Shown here one piece after another: positions 39,197 to 52,609 of a stretch of 64,000 nt of DNA. The first letter of the stretch is position 1. Each line of letters opens with the position of its first letter. This stretch comes from Podarcis gaigeae. Its lineage: Eukaryota. The notes beneath the pieces are model-generated. The model was not told the origin of the DNA, did no database searches, and saw only the letters and a list, made by a program, of their open reading frames with translations. The stretch lies in NCBI GenBank assembly GCA_964106915.2, contig OZ066918.1; one strand, 5' to 3'. Position numbers and translations under genes: made by a program.

Positions 39197-39715
39197 TGTA
39201 AGAGAAGAAGTTGCACTGGATACTGTAAGAAGCAGCATTCCGTGCCCTATAAGCCCTGGATGTCTTTGCCCGGTGACACTGTGGCCCATGGATTGCAGCA
39301 AAATACTGGGGAAGGTTTTGCCCAGTATCTTCTCTGTGTGGTGGGCTCATGGGGAAAAGCTGTCCCATGAGCCCTTGCTGAAGAGGGGAGGGGAAAGCCT
39401 ATATAAGGCTGCTCCCCTGGAACTCACAGCCATTTTACCTGGTCTGACTCTGCACCCTGCTCCCCCAGTGAGACCTTGCTTGGTTTGCACCACGGAGAGG
39501 TTCAACACTGGCTGACTCCCATCGTACAGGTTTGGAGAGATCCAAACCCTGCAGATCCATTCCATCAACATGGGGCTTGTGGAATGATGAACTGATCCTG
39601 GGACCCAACGCCATGCCAACTCTTGCCCTGCCTGCTGCTGTCAATAAAGATTTGGCCTGATTTTATCCCATCACAGTTGTACAGTCTGGTTATTTTGCTG
39701 CTCTCATGGGTCACA
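39197..39715 (+). mobile_element. Probable solo LTR
   Basis: TATATAAG near 39400, AATAAA near 39643, ends ..TCACA. The 5' end and TSD are uncertain. Confidence 0.5.
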
Positions 39716-41093
39716 TAATGCGCTTGCCTAGGCAATGTGGAGTTTGTGCACAGGCGCATTCTGCACCCACTTCAGGATCTCTGCCAGTAAAACTGGGCCA
39801 ATACAGTATCAGGAATGACAGTGCAATAACATCCCTGCAATCACAACCCCCCAACAGCAGAGAGAATGGAATTTATTCACATTATGAGAGAAATGACGGA
39901 CGACATTGAGATGGTGGCTAAGCTTGCTCAGTGATGCCAGGGATTCCAGTTACTGAAAACCGCACCTGTTTCTGTTTCCTCCTTTTTCAGCTTCAGAAGG
40001 CACCTTCTTGGGGGGGGGAGTGTTTGCAGAGAACATACTTGTATAATTATGAACAGCCTACTTGTATAAGTAAATAATTACATTTATTTAACTTTCACAT
40101 TGCTACATACAGCATCCTCTTTAACCCTTAATAGATCTAAGTAAAATTCAAAAGCATAAACACCATGGCAATTTTAATGCAATTTTAAAAGTGTGAAGCT
40201 AATTAGCATTTGCTTTATTATGCTTTGCCAGAGTTATGCTATAGTAAAGTAGGAAGACCTATGCAACTTCACAGGGCAACAAAACCATGAGCTAACAGGT
40301 AAGACAGAGATTTGATGGGAATTTCTTTCAACATATTTCCCCATCTATTATCCCAAAGACAGGCCTAAAAGACACAGCCTGCATTCATATATCAGTTTCC
40401 TCAATGTTTAAGAATTACAGCTCCTTTGAATATTAACACATCTACTCCTCCCATATTTGATTTATTTATTTTATGAACCCAAAGCTTTTAAGATCTGTTT
40501 CACAGATTTGGGCTAAATGAATGTGGTATTTACAGCATTTTCTAGGTACTAATTGTCGTATTATTTCTCAGCATTTAAACTATTGTTTCAATTCCTGCCT
40601 AAAAGCAAAGGAAACAGAAAGAGGACAATTTGCCTTAATTCCAATTCAAGCATTTGAAATCAAAATCAAAATTTTTCAAATACTTCAAAATTCACTTTGG
40701 CATTGGGACAGGAGATCTTTAATTCTCTTTCTCCCAGCACTGTTGTCCTATTGTGGACCAGGCCTCATGCAACTGCTATGTGCATTAGGAGAAGCTCACA
40801 TTCACTCCAATAGGAAATTCCATCTACAATGGAAATAAACAGACCCAGGACCCCTACCCACATCAGAGGAAAGGGTTAAAGCACTGCTAAAGGTCACACC
40901 ATGGTCACACCAAATTGCACCTGCAATTTATTTTTCAAAAGGCATTCACTCAATTGCTAATTGTATGGTCTATCCTAGTTTCTTACCAAGACTGAAGAAC
41001 TCTGGACTGAACCACTGCAGCTGCCTACATGTAAGAAACTAGTGCAACCAGGATTTGATTTGCTTTCACCATGGGAAAATATTCAGAAATATG

Positions 41094-41095
<2 letters not shown>

Positions 41096-41124
<29 letters not shown>
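41096..41124. repeat. (CA)n microsatellite
   Basis: Direct read. Confidence 0.9.
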
Positions 41125-41128
<4 letters not shown>

Positions 41129-41310
41129 TGTAGTCTGAGGCACAGTCCAGAATTCTACCTCCTTATTTGGAGATTGTATGAAGCAGCTCTGAAACTTAAC
41201 ATTCAAAGCTATGCACCAAGGTTTTAATTCTGAAAATTCAACTGGATCTTGGATTGCAAAGTTTAATTTTTGTGCATCTTGGTATTTCAAATTCCTTTAA
41301 GCTCAGATGT

Positions 41311-41568
41311 TGTTAAGTTGTGGGTGAACATATCAGATGACACAGTAATTCTTCAAACAGCTCTTGCTTATTCACAGGCCAGAACAGAACTGAACTGAAG
41401 GGTTCAGCCAGCCTGCTTATATAGAGCTCCACTAGAATGCAACAGTAACCATTTTCTGTAACTATCCAATCGCTGAACGTCACTTTTGATCCCTTATTTG
41501 CATATGTGGACCTGAACTATCTACAGTATCCCCCTGCTGGCCCAGGGTGAGAACTTCAGTACATAACA
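41311..41568 (-). mobile_element. Solo LTR (258 bp, probably Gypsy-type)
   Basis: TGTTA...TAACA termini with an exact 5-bp TSD GATGT (41306-41310 and 41569-41573). TATA, CCAAT and octamer motifs are ordered for minus-strand transcription. Confidence 0.88.
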
Positions 41569-43859
41569 GATGTGTCATCTGTTCCTGTCTTTCCCAAGTT
41601 CTCTTCCACTTCTTTTGTAAACCAGAAAGCTAGAGAAAGAGAATATTGTATGTGCAAAGTAGAGATGGGAATCCTTTTTTTATTTTTAGTTTTAAGGACA
41701 TCTGAAATGAGACTAATATTAAACACTTACTGAGAAAACCCTATTAAATTCAGTATATACTGCCATAAGAAAAAGTCTTCAGCGGTCTACTTAAACAACT
41801 CTTTCTATAAATCTGTGCCATAGTTAGTGAAAGTACAGATACTTGCCTGATTATTTATGGGGGCTTTGTTGGAAAATAAAATCACCCCTGGAAATCTGCC
41901 AGGGTCTAAGAGTCAAATGCCACATTATATTGCATTCAATCTTGTCAGTGTTGCAAAGCACCCTCAGAAGGAAGGACTTTGCAGTAGTGAATTGGAGGGA
42001 GCAGTGCTTAATCCTTTCCCTGCCACTTTTACACAGGAACTTCCTTTCCACAAGTCACTCCCCTTCTCTGGACAAAGGGTTCCACTTCAAAAACCCATGT
42101 CTCAGGAGGTAAATAATTGGTCTGAAACACTGGCAAGAAAAAAGCACCAGAAGGCAAGAAATTTAATTGGAAAACTGGCTGGTGGGGGTGCTTTCTACAG
42201 TATAGGGCAAGTAACACATCTCAATAATAAATGCATAATAAAGGATAATTTAACGGAATGTAGGTTTTCCATATTTCAAAAAGTGAAAATCCAGACACAA
42301 AGGTTGTTGACCCCTGCTCCAAACTAATCAACAAATTAACACAGGGAGATGGTACTTGTGCCCCTGGTTCTATAATTCACAATATTTAATTTTTAAAGAC
42401 AAATAATGCTATGTTTTCTACTAACTTCAGTAAACTGACAACAAATCACAACACATAGTATTACCAGCCAAAGCTCTACTGAAAGTACTTTAGCCAATGC
42501 AAATGCAAAAGAGATTTTTTTGTTTGTTGGTTGGTGAATCTAGTTTATGCTATGGCTTAAGTGTTTCTAAAGAACCTCTGCCTTCTTTTATTGAGTTGGA
42601 GAAGTTTCATTTATATGAGTTGCACCTAAGCCACAGAAAGAAAATAAACTAAATTATACAATCTTTAGTAAATGGATTTGGTGCTCAAGATAAAGATAAA
42701 GATAACTAAAAACAGGTTTTTGAACCAAGAAAAAAAGTAGAACTGTTTTTAAAATGCTATTAACTAATTTGCCAACCTGCATGATCCCCAAACAGTACTC
42801 TGCTTCAGTAATTGTTTTTAAAGTAAGATAGATTTGGAAAATAACCAAGAATTTCTTATCAGTGGCTTACCTCTTCTTTAATTTGATCTAAGAGAACTAT
42901 GATGATTTTCCATGTGCATGCTGATTTAAAATAAAAAAAGTTTTGAACTCATCTTGAAGCAATTAAGTGTACAGTATATATGAACAAAAATATTTGTAAA
43001 TACTGTACATTATCAGTTCTGAGTAAGAGAAAAAGGGAGAGTACTTTTGTTCAAAATCAGATATGATTGCCAGATAGGCATGCATCTATCCATCTCTATC
43101 AACTCTAGTTGGTAGCAGGCAGTATTTGCTAGTCTAATTAAATGCCAAATCTGCTAAGAAACTAATCATTTTTTTTTAAAAAAAACTTCTATTAAGAGGA
43201 GTTCTGAATTTCTACAGAGCCTTGATGTTATTTCTTGAAGTTCAGACCACACCTGGACTTCTATGTGGTCTGTATATGACAGATGTTCAAAGTGCATATT
43301 TCAGGAGTATGTACAATTTAGATGCATTTAAAAAAAAAAAAAAACCACTAATGAAATTATTCTGATTAACAAATATCTTTAAGATACAAGAATGGCTGCC
43401 ATCTAAAGAGACAACATAAACCACTTGCTAATGTGCAGAAGAGTACAAGGCTCCTTGGCAAGAACCCTTGTGAAATTTGGGTATTCAATGTTTTTTTAAT
43501 TTTTTTAACTAAGCAAAATACTAATTGCACCCAATGCTTTGTGAATACTTTATCATTTAAAAAATAAAATATGTCTGAGAATCAATGAGAGCTACTGGCT
43601 CGCTTTATAATTATATAATTTAATACTTGCAATAATTCAAAATTACTTCAAAAAGATCAAGAACCCTGCATTTATTTTCTACCTGTGGCAAAAGAATGTT
43701 TTTTTATCCAGAGAATAAAATAATCTCTGGACCACCAAGATTCTAAATCTTGCCACAGGACATAATAGTGAAATGTTTGGCTAGTAGTGTCATTTAAAAA
43801 TGTAGAATCTCCAATTTTCCTGTGCTGGTTATTCCATAGGTATACAACAGGACTGTCCA

Positions 43860-44052
43860 GCTTCCAAGAGATTGCGATCTACTCCCACTATTAAAAATCT
43901 GGCAGTTGTTGTGCTTTTGGGGGGGGGGAGGATGAGCCAAAGTTGTTGAGTTTGGGGGGGGGGGGCAATCAGGGTTCCATGATCGACCAGGATCAATCAG
44001 GGACACCCCGCAATCGACTGGTAGATCGCAATCGACCTGTTGGACATCCCTG
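43860..44052. mobile_element. hAT-type MITE fragment
   Basis: Ends GTAGATCGCAATCGACCTGTTGGACATCCCTG, a Charlie-like terminus with GATCGAC subterminal repeats. Confidence 0.55.
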
Positions 44053-44519
44053 ATATACAACATCCAATTGCATCCGTTACAAATTCTAATTTTTACATCT
44101 CCATTTGTAAATCTAATGGTTTCTTACTGCAGAGGGATCACCATTGTGAAAAGTGCTGTTGTAGTGCAATGCATCATGTAGTCACCCATTTATTTTGAAT
44201 GGGGAATTGGAAATGCTTTTATTATCTCTCTTAGGCCAACATTATGGTCCTTTTTGATGTAGCACAACTCCTGTGCAAGGATCACCTCATTTTCTTAATT
44301 ACAATCACCTTATTCCTGTGGCTGTAATTTGTTTTAACTGTTTTTAATACTGAATTTTAAATTGTTGTAACCCACTCTGAGACCTGCAGGTGATAATGAT
44401 AATGATAATGATGATGATAACGGATTAACTGTTTGTCCAAAACCAATTCCGTGTGAAAACAGCAGAATTTACCATGCCACAGAGAAGGCTTGGAAACTAG
44501 CAACACCGAAGCGTTTGGA

Positions 44520-44770
44520 ATTTATATCCCGCTTTATCACTACCCTAAGGAGTCTCAAAGTGGCTAACAATCTCCTTTCCCTTCCTTCCCCACAACAAAC
44601 ACTCTGTGAGGTGAGTGAGGCCGAGAGTCTTCAAAGAAGTGTGACTCACCCAAGGTCACCCAGCAGCTGCATGTGGAGGAGCGGAGACACGAACCCAGTT
44701 CCCCAGATTACAAGTCTACCGCTCTTAACCACTACACCACACTGGCTCTCACTACACCACACTGGCTCTC
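44520..44770 (-). mobile_element. tRNA-derived SINE with an L2-type tail (Squam3-like)
   Basis: Minus head GAGCCAGTGTGGTGTAGTGGTTAAGAGCGG...GGGTTCG and tail ...AAAGCGGGATATAAA. Confidence 0.8.
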
Positions 44771-45784
44771 TGATGATGCAGACCACCAACATAATATGGT
44801 ATTTTCAGGCAAGTGCTTCCTCATGAAATAATCAGATGTTACAATCCCCACACAAGGATGGTAAGAATCAGCCCTGTGCCTATCTAGTTAGCACATCCCC
44901 ACAGGGTACAGCACATAGTGGTTGCTGATCGATTATTGAAAGTATATTGTGGTCTGAATGTATTCTATGTACTGCAGTGTTAACTAGAAATAGAACACTT
45001 TTAAGATACAGTATAAAATAAATTCAACCTCTGTTCTGTAGCCCGTATCATTCACAGATAACCAAACACCACTGGTGACAAGGGAATGTAGGTGGTATAT
45101 TTTTATTCAGGACGTGTAAATACCTTCTGAAGAATATATTAGGAGAGTTATAATTCCACCTGACACCAGTAATAAGATTACTCACTGCTGATGTAACTGA
45201 AGTCACAGTGCTCCTATGAACAAAATAATGTTCAAAGCAGCCCTCAGAACCTGTTCTTTTCTCTTCTTACACATTCCCTTCCTGTCAGAACAGAACAAAA
45301 ACCCATTTCAGTGGATTAAAGGAGATGACAGGAAACATGCAGAGAAGTCTATTTTCCTGCTAGAAAGCCTTCTAGGACCTGATCTGTTCTATCAAACAGC
45401 TGTCCTTGAGTGCAAAAGGAAACTTGTGGACATTCCTTGCATGGATGCTCTGGTTCTTCTTTTTGAGAATTTGCCATGTACTTGATAAAAAAAACAGATG
45501 GGTTGGTGGGATTGAAGACCTTTTAAGATCTGTAGCTATAAAGTGAAAGAAAGCTCTATAAAATTTATATATTATGAGAAAGTGCACAATTTGACTTTAA
45601 AAACTGTGTGTCTTGCATAAATCTGACCTATTCTTATGACAGAGCGATGGTTTTTCAAGTACTATTTCACTGTGAGCTTCAAGGAGAACAAATTACAAAA
45701 ACCAATATACTCTCTTACAGAGAAAAAATCAGGTCACACTTTAAACCACATCCCAACTTTTCACATAGTGAGAAGATGGAACAT

Positions 45785-46212
45785 AAACAGAGAAGAGTGA
45801 CCAAAGATGATAAAGGGTCTGGAAACCAAGACTTATGAGGAACAGTGGAGGGAACTGGGTGTGTTTAGCCTGGACAAGAAGAGACTGAGAGAAAATATGA
45901 TAGCCATCTTCAAATATCTAAATGTCTGTCACATGGAGGATGGAGCAAGCTTGTTTTCTCCTGCTCTAGAGGGCAGGACTTGAACTAATGGATTCAAGTT
46001 ACAAGCAACTAAACATCAGGAAGAACTTTCTGACAGTAAGAACTGTTCGAAAATGGAATGATCTCCCTCAGAAGATGGTGGGCTCTTCTTCACTGGAGGT
46101 TTTAAGTGAATGTTGGATGACCACCTGTCATGTATGATCTAGTTGAGATTCTTGTATTGCAGGGGGTTGGACTAGATGACCCTCAGGATCCCTTCCAACT
46201 CTGCAATTCTAT
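45785..46212 (+). mobile_element. CR1 LINE 3' end
   Basis: Colinear with 7270-7685. Ends CCCTTCCAACTCTGCAATTCTAT. Confidence 0.9.
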
Positions 46213-47589
46213 TATTAATTATCTGATTTTATTAATAAAACATGTTTTACTTCAAAGTGCAGTCTGCACTGTTTTGTATCACACTTTTTTGCACAGCTGC
46301 TGTTGGATGGGTGGAGGTTTATTATAATTGGTAATTTATACTTAGATTACCAACTATACTTAGATTCTTACGGTGGTAGCAGAAAAACAGTGCTGAAAAA
46401 ATAAGTAACTGGTGTATGAGATGAAGTGGAGTGGGAAAATAGTAATTACCTGACCCCTCCATGCAACCACTAAACCCCACCCACCACCACCACATGATGA
46501 TCCTTCACTCAACACTGGCAGAATATGAGAAATATGGCAAACTCAAGTTAATATTCTGGCTGCACTGTTCTGAACCACATAAAGTTTCTAAACATTTTCA
46601 TACCGCCCTACAAGTAGTAGTAGTAGTAGTAAGGCATTTGGGGATTTACTTATTTATTCTCCCCAAATATGTTGGTCTCCATGGTATTTGTGTCAATCAA
46701 TATGCTACAAACAAATCACTAGTTGCATCCATTAGGAAATGAGGTAGAAGTCCTTTTTTCCAACTTGATGTTCTAGAGAGGCAATTAAAATGCATCCAAT
46801 ATATCATTACCAAGCACATTATCTCAACTTCCTTCATAACATCTCAGTAGCTGCCCAGTGTAGAGGTCAAGCATAGTGAAGATGTCCTTGTAATAACTCC
46901 TACTAGAAATGTTTGTGTGTAAATGTAGCCTGATGAACCCTGTAAACGTATGCAAATGAAAGATTTTTGATGTCAAATGAGCTGTAGGTGGAGGTCAACA
47001 GATCAAATACAAACACAAAATCTATTTTTTAACTGAGCAGACATTTGCGTTTGGGATTATTTTGAAGTGATTTAAAGCATTTGTCTTTGTATCTAAAATT
47101 GTGACACAATCTGGAAGGGATCAAATGTCACATTCTTCATCCCTGTTTCCATTTACCAGAAAAACAGCTGACTGAAAGATGAAGTTGGAATAAGTGTTGC
47201 AGAGATGCAGTTAACTGGTTGCACAGTGATCTCACCACCCCTAAAGCAATTGTTGCTTCATAGGAAAGGGGCCCAGATACCCTATGGATTCATTGACCAC
47301 TGTAGTGAAGGAGCAGAAAGTATTTCCAAACTCCATAAGTAGAATTGTCAAAGTTCACCAATCCACTTTCATCCTCAGGACTTGCAGCAGTGATGGGACA
47401 CATGGCAGAAATGTGCCCTTTCTTACTAGCCTAGGAGGAAAAACTGGCAGGCACTAATGCTTGCTCAGAGCGACATGAATTAATTCTGCTGACTAAATGT
47501 AGTCTTATGCACCTAAACCTACCCCCCCAACCCAACTTTATATTTCAAAAACCACAGCCCTTTTCAGATATGAATCTGAGGTAAAATGA

Positions 47590-48030
47590 AGGCTGGATTA
47601 CTGCAATGCTCGCTGTGTGGAGCTGCCCTTGAGATAGGTTCGGAAGCTGCAGCTGGTGCAAAATGTGAGGACTGACAAGAATACCTGAAATATAATCTCA
47701 CCCTTTTATATACTAAGCAATCACTGTGCTCTGGAGGTGACGGCCTCCTGCAGATACCATATTATCATGAGGTCCATTCCACACAATTTAGGAATTGGGC
47801 CTTTTGTGTTATGGCAGCTACTCTTTGGAATTCACTCCCTCTGAATCTCAAGCAGGCACAGTCTGTTGTCTTCTCAGTGCATACCTCCTCTTTCAACAAA
47901 CCTTTTTAAACTGAGATTTTTCCCTGTCTCAAAGAATTGTTTTTTTAAAAAAAATTGTTTCATTGTTTTATCACTTCTTGTTTGTCACCCTGGGCTCCTT
48001 TGGGAGGAAGGACAGAACATAAATTTAATA
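47590..48030 (+). mobile_element. L2 3' fragment
   Basis: RLDYCNARCVELPLR.VRKLQLVQN followed by an L2-type 3'UTR. Confidence 0.75.
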
Positions 48031-49504
48031 GACAAGCATGTTTTGGGGTGAGGGAAAACAACACACCAACAGGCTCCTCTGCCACACTACACTTGTTCAT
48101 CCAAATGCACGTAGGGCATGCCACCTTGATGATGTTGACATTCCACACAAACTGGTTAATCTGAACTGGTTTATTAACATGGCTCTTAAGCAGGGCCACA
48201 GTGACTGCCAGTTGTTTGAGCCAGGAAATGAGGAGGAAGAGGGAAGCCAGGAGGCTCAATCATATTTAAGGAGAGAATGGACCATTAACCCACTGGGCAT
48301 TAATGCAACATATTCCAGAAGCCATGTTCCTACAGTCCACTAAGAACAGGGGTCATTGTATAGTAGTTAACAGTATGAATATGAGTGGGGGGGCTATGTC
48401 CCCCATATATTTAGATGTTCAGAAGTTTTAAATTAAAACATATTCGGTGTTTTATAGAACACCAGAGGAATACCACCAAGGGTGGTAGTTATGGTTGATT
48501 GAGGAGAGCCATTTTCCTTGCCTCCACCTTTGTATCCACCTCTTTAATTTTACGACCCAGAAATTCTTTATCTGTATGCTTGATTCTCCTTGTGAGAGAG
48601 GCATAGCAAATTACAAAACATCACATTAATTTGTCCTAAGGGCAATGCAAGTTTTCATGGCCTTGTTATTCTCTTCCCGTACGCATATGACAAACACTGT
48701 TTACCTATAGCTGTTATTGGTTTCCTATCTCTGTGGTACATTTTAATTGTCCTGGGAATGTAATTGCCTAAAATATCCCCTGATTCAGGATACTTAAGGA
48801 ATATTAATAACAAATGGTTTTTAATTTAATCACCATAACTACAACTATCTCATATTTCGCAGAGGTTTCTGTGCTAAGGTTCAGTTATATGCATTTCTGC
48901 AGAAGAAGAATCTTATGCATGTCCACTCAAAAGCAAATTAGTCTTACTCTCAGGTAAGTGAATATATGGCCACAGACTAAAAGGGTTAGCCATAAAAAAT
49001 AGCATGGAAACATCCTGCCTGTAAACTTTTCTGGGTTTTTTGCAAGGCACACCAAGGACAAAGGTTCCAAATATAGAAGAAAATATTTTCCTCAGATTCA
49101 AAGAAAGATTCATCTTCAGAAACCTTCAAAGTTGCTGCTGGAAGAAGAAAAAGAGAGACAGAAAACCTAGTTGCTCTGAAACAGAAAATTGCATATCATC
49201 CCATTTAGTCCTGGGATGGAAGAGGGGAGTAATTGGCTAAGCATCTAAGATTGCTCCTCAGGTACATGCCTGCACACACGCCCCCAATAGACCATGGGTT
49301 TGTTGAACTTCCAGGATAGACTACAGGTTGGGCCAGACTTTTTATTTTCCCTTTTAGCGTGTTTTTTGCAAATCTGGTATATCGGAAAACTTGAAACTTA
49401 AAAATAAAAACTGACCACAGAGAGAGAAAATTGACATACATGCATGCAAGCCCACAATGGACCTTAGGTTTCCAGAACCCACAGAGGGTGACAAAGTACG
49501 AATG

Positions 49505-50050
49505 CAGAGGTTTTCAACCTTTTTGAGTCCACGGCTCCCTTAACTAACCAGATTCTTTCTGCAGCACCCCTGGGGGGCTCATGAGCCCCATTATGTCACC
49601 CCTTGCCTGCAGAGCTGGCAGCCTCTCAACCTTTTTCAAACACCCTCCTTTGTGGAGTGTTCCCTCAGCCTCCTCTCCCCTCTGCTTGGGAGTCCTCTGG
49701 CCACTACCCCTGGTCTCTGAGCTGCCCATCCTGCCCCAAGGAGAGATGCCACCTCTAACTCCACCAGAGGGGCCTGGGAAGAGGATGCCCCCAGCCTTAG
49801 TGGCCCAACAGAGACTAGCCAAAGGTAAATTTGAGACCAGCACCATAGGCGCCCAGGCATGCCTTGCATGCAGCAAGCACAAGAAAGCCAGTGCAGCGTC
49901 TGCCTGCCCAGTCTCACACTTGTCTGTCCATTTTCAACAGCATGGGCTGCCAGACTGGCTGGCTGGGCTACAGAGAGTGGTTGCTCTTCCTGTTCAGTTC
50001 CTGGTTGCAGTGGCTCAGCCTCTCCTACATTTATGCACACCTTTAAACAT
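49505..50050 (+). mobile_element. hAT (Charlie-like) non-autonomous element, right end unresolved
   Basis: Starts CAGAGGTTTTCAACCTTTTTGAGTCCAC. The same start recurs near 28027. Confidence 0.55.
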
Positions 50051-50809
50051 GCTCACACTGCACTGGACACCAGGACTCGACACCCATCCTCCCTTCCATT
50101 CTGAATAGATGAAAAGTTATTGCTCATATAGGTCCCTTTTCCCCATCAGTGGGACAGGTGTTGGGGGACATGCCCACACATTTTTCCCTGTCTTTTTCTG
50201 CTCTATTAGATGTGACAGCCACTTTGTGTTATGCCACACCCTCAAGGCAGTCATTTTATGACTGTTGGATATGTCACTTTCTCAGAATTCCAGATGTGTC
50301 CACTAGCCTACGAAGTTTGGCAACTATGTTCCTCTAAAATGAGTATGCCAGGAGGAAAAGCACAAATTTTCATGCTGGCCTCCTTAATGAAAAGGAAACG
50401 GGAGCTTTCTGCCACCACTCTTACGGTAGGAACACTGCAGATCTGAAGGTTGCAGTGGGGGCCATTTTATATTGCTGGATACCAACAGTTGAGGAGGTTG
50501 ACTGATGAGTGCACCTCTAAACCTGTATTTTGCAGAATTGGGCATTCGCAAAACTAGGCATTTTGTTCCTGCTTTGAATGAGGACAATTTTTTTACCAAA
50601 GCAAGAACTACCCACCGACCCTATACCAAGCAACAGGGGCTCCTCTGCGGTATGGTCCAGCCACAGAATTCCTCATAGGAGGGTGGCATGTTATGTCACC
50701 ATTGGCAGAAGAGGAACAAGGCAGTGGCACAACAGTTAAAGAAAAAGGCAACTACCTTGTTGATTGGTCACAACTGGGAGGAAAGGCATTAAACCATTAA
50801 GATATACTG

Positions 50810-51820
50810 TAACACATTACATGTGGGGCTACCTCTGAAGATGGTTTAGAAACTTCAGTTGGTACAGAATTAAGCAACCAGGTTGCTCACTGGGGCAAGA
50901 TGGTTTGAGCATATAACACCATTCCTGACCTGACTGCACTGGCTGCCAATCAGTTTCCAGGCCCAATTCAAAGTGCTGGTCTTTACCTTGTTATTGTTTA
51001 GTCGTTTAGTTGTGTCCAACTCTTCGTGACCCCACGGACCAGAGCACGCCAGGCACTTCTGTCTTCCACTGCCTCCCGCAGTTTGGTCAAACTCATGCTG
51101 GTAGCTTCGAGAACACTATCCAACCATCTCGTCCTGTCTTCCCCTTCTCCTTGTGCCCTCCATCTTTCCCAACATCAGGTTCTTTTCCAGGGAGTCTTCT
51201 CTTCTCATGAGGTGACCAAAATATTGGAGCCTCAGCTTCACAATCTGTCCTTCCAGTGAGCACTCAGGGCTGATTTCCTTAAGAATGGATAGGTTTGATC
51301 TTCTTGCAGTCCATGGGACTCTCAAGAGTCTCCTCCAGCACCGTAATTCAAAAGCATCAATTCTTCGGTGATCAGCCTTCTTTATGGTCCAGCTTTCACT
51401 TCCATACATCACTACTGGTCTTTACCTATAAAGCCTTAAATGGCTCAGGACTACAATATCTCAAGGACCGCCTCCGCCCATACAAACCGACCCAGACCCT
51501 GCAATCATCATCTGACGCCCTTCTCTGTGTGCCCCCTCCATGAGAGGTCTGGAAGGTAGCAACATGATAACAGGCCTTTTCTGTGATCGTTCCCCATTTG
51601 CAGTATGTTCTTCTGAGGGATACTTGCCTGGTGTCTTTGTTACATATCTTAAAGTGCCAGGCGAAAACATTCTTCTTCTTCCAGGCCTTTGGTTAATTAA
51701 GCAATCTATGGCCTTTTAAACTGGGAGGTATTATCTTAGTTTGTTACTATGTTATGTATTTTTGTGGTTTTTATATTGTAAACCACCCTGTGATCCTCAG
51801 ATACAGGGCAATATAGAAAT
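50810..51820 (+). mobile_element. L2 ORF2 end and 3'UTR, interrupted by BovB
   Basis: GLPLKMV.KLQLVQN...HITP....LHWLPISFQAQFKVLVFT|YKALNGSG..YLKDRL reads through once the BovB insert and one TSD are removed. Confidence 0.88.
50989..51414 (-). mobile_element. RTE-BovB LINE, 5'-truncated 3' end
   Basis: ORF YGSESWTIKKADHRRIDAFELRCWRRLLRVPWTARRSN...LQYFGHLMRREDSLEK.LMLGK.EG.RRRGRQ with a (CAA)-like tail. 13-bp TSD CTGGTCTTTACCT at 50976-50988 and 51415-51427. Confidence 0.95.
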
Positions 51821-52609
51821 AAGATTGCTAAAGGAATTAAAGAGATTTTGGCAGAAGAATCTAATTTATTAAAAATGGATGAAGTCCTTGTTCATTTGTG
51901 TGCAACCCTTTAGGCTACACCATAATAAAATGTTTTTAAATGTATGAAAATTAGCTGCTGTCATTTTCCATATTCAAGAAAACACAAGCTGTTACTCAGG
52001 AATTTAAATTGAGGTTTTCCGTAGTCTGACTATACCTCTGAAATTTGGACAGATATTCACAATCAACAATATATGTTGTTGTTTCAAAAAACTGAGATTT
52101 CAAATAGAGTTAGAGGAAATATTTTCTTCTAGCATTGGCCTATTTTTTTTCATATTCAGATCAAAGAGTACCAAAATATTGCTGCTCATCATTTTCTCTA
52201 TTTTCAGCTTGTCCCTGAAGGTATTATCTGATGTAATGCTGAACTCACTGGCTTTTGGGATCAAAACATTCTCATAACCCAGGATCCCTAAAGGTTTCTG
52301 TGATCAGCCAAGCAAAATTCACAACAAATGTGGAAAATTGGAAAATGTGATTTATTGAAGCTGTAGTAGAGGTAGCCTCAGATGCATATTGCACTGTCCT
52401 TTTTTAAAAAGGAAGGAACCAGCAAAACAAAGACCTCATTCATTTAGTTTCAGAAAGAAGGTGAAAGTCTGTATGTATACTCGATGCTTTCTCCATTCTG
52501 CAGTCCACCTTGCCTTTATGCCTCAAACTTTGGGGTTAGAGAGTTGCATCCAACTAAGTTTTAAAGATTAGAGCCACTTAAATTAATGGACCTAAGTTAG
52601 TCACTTCAT

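Noticed and set aside
49544-50108. Overlapping 112-175-aa ORFs
   Set aside because: They lie in the GC-rich interior of a hAT-like non-autonomous element and have no transposase motifs.
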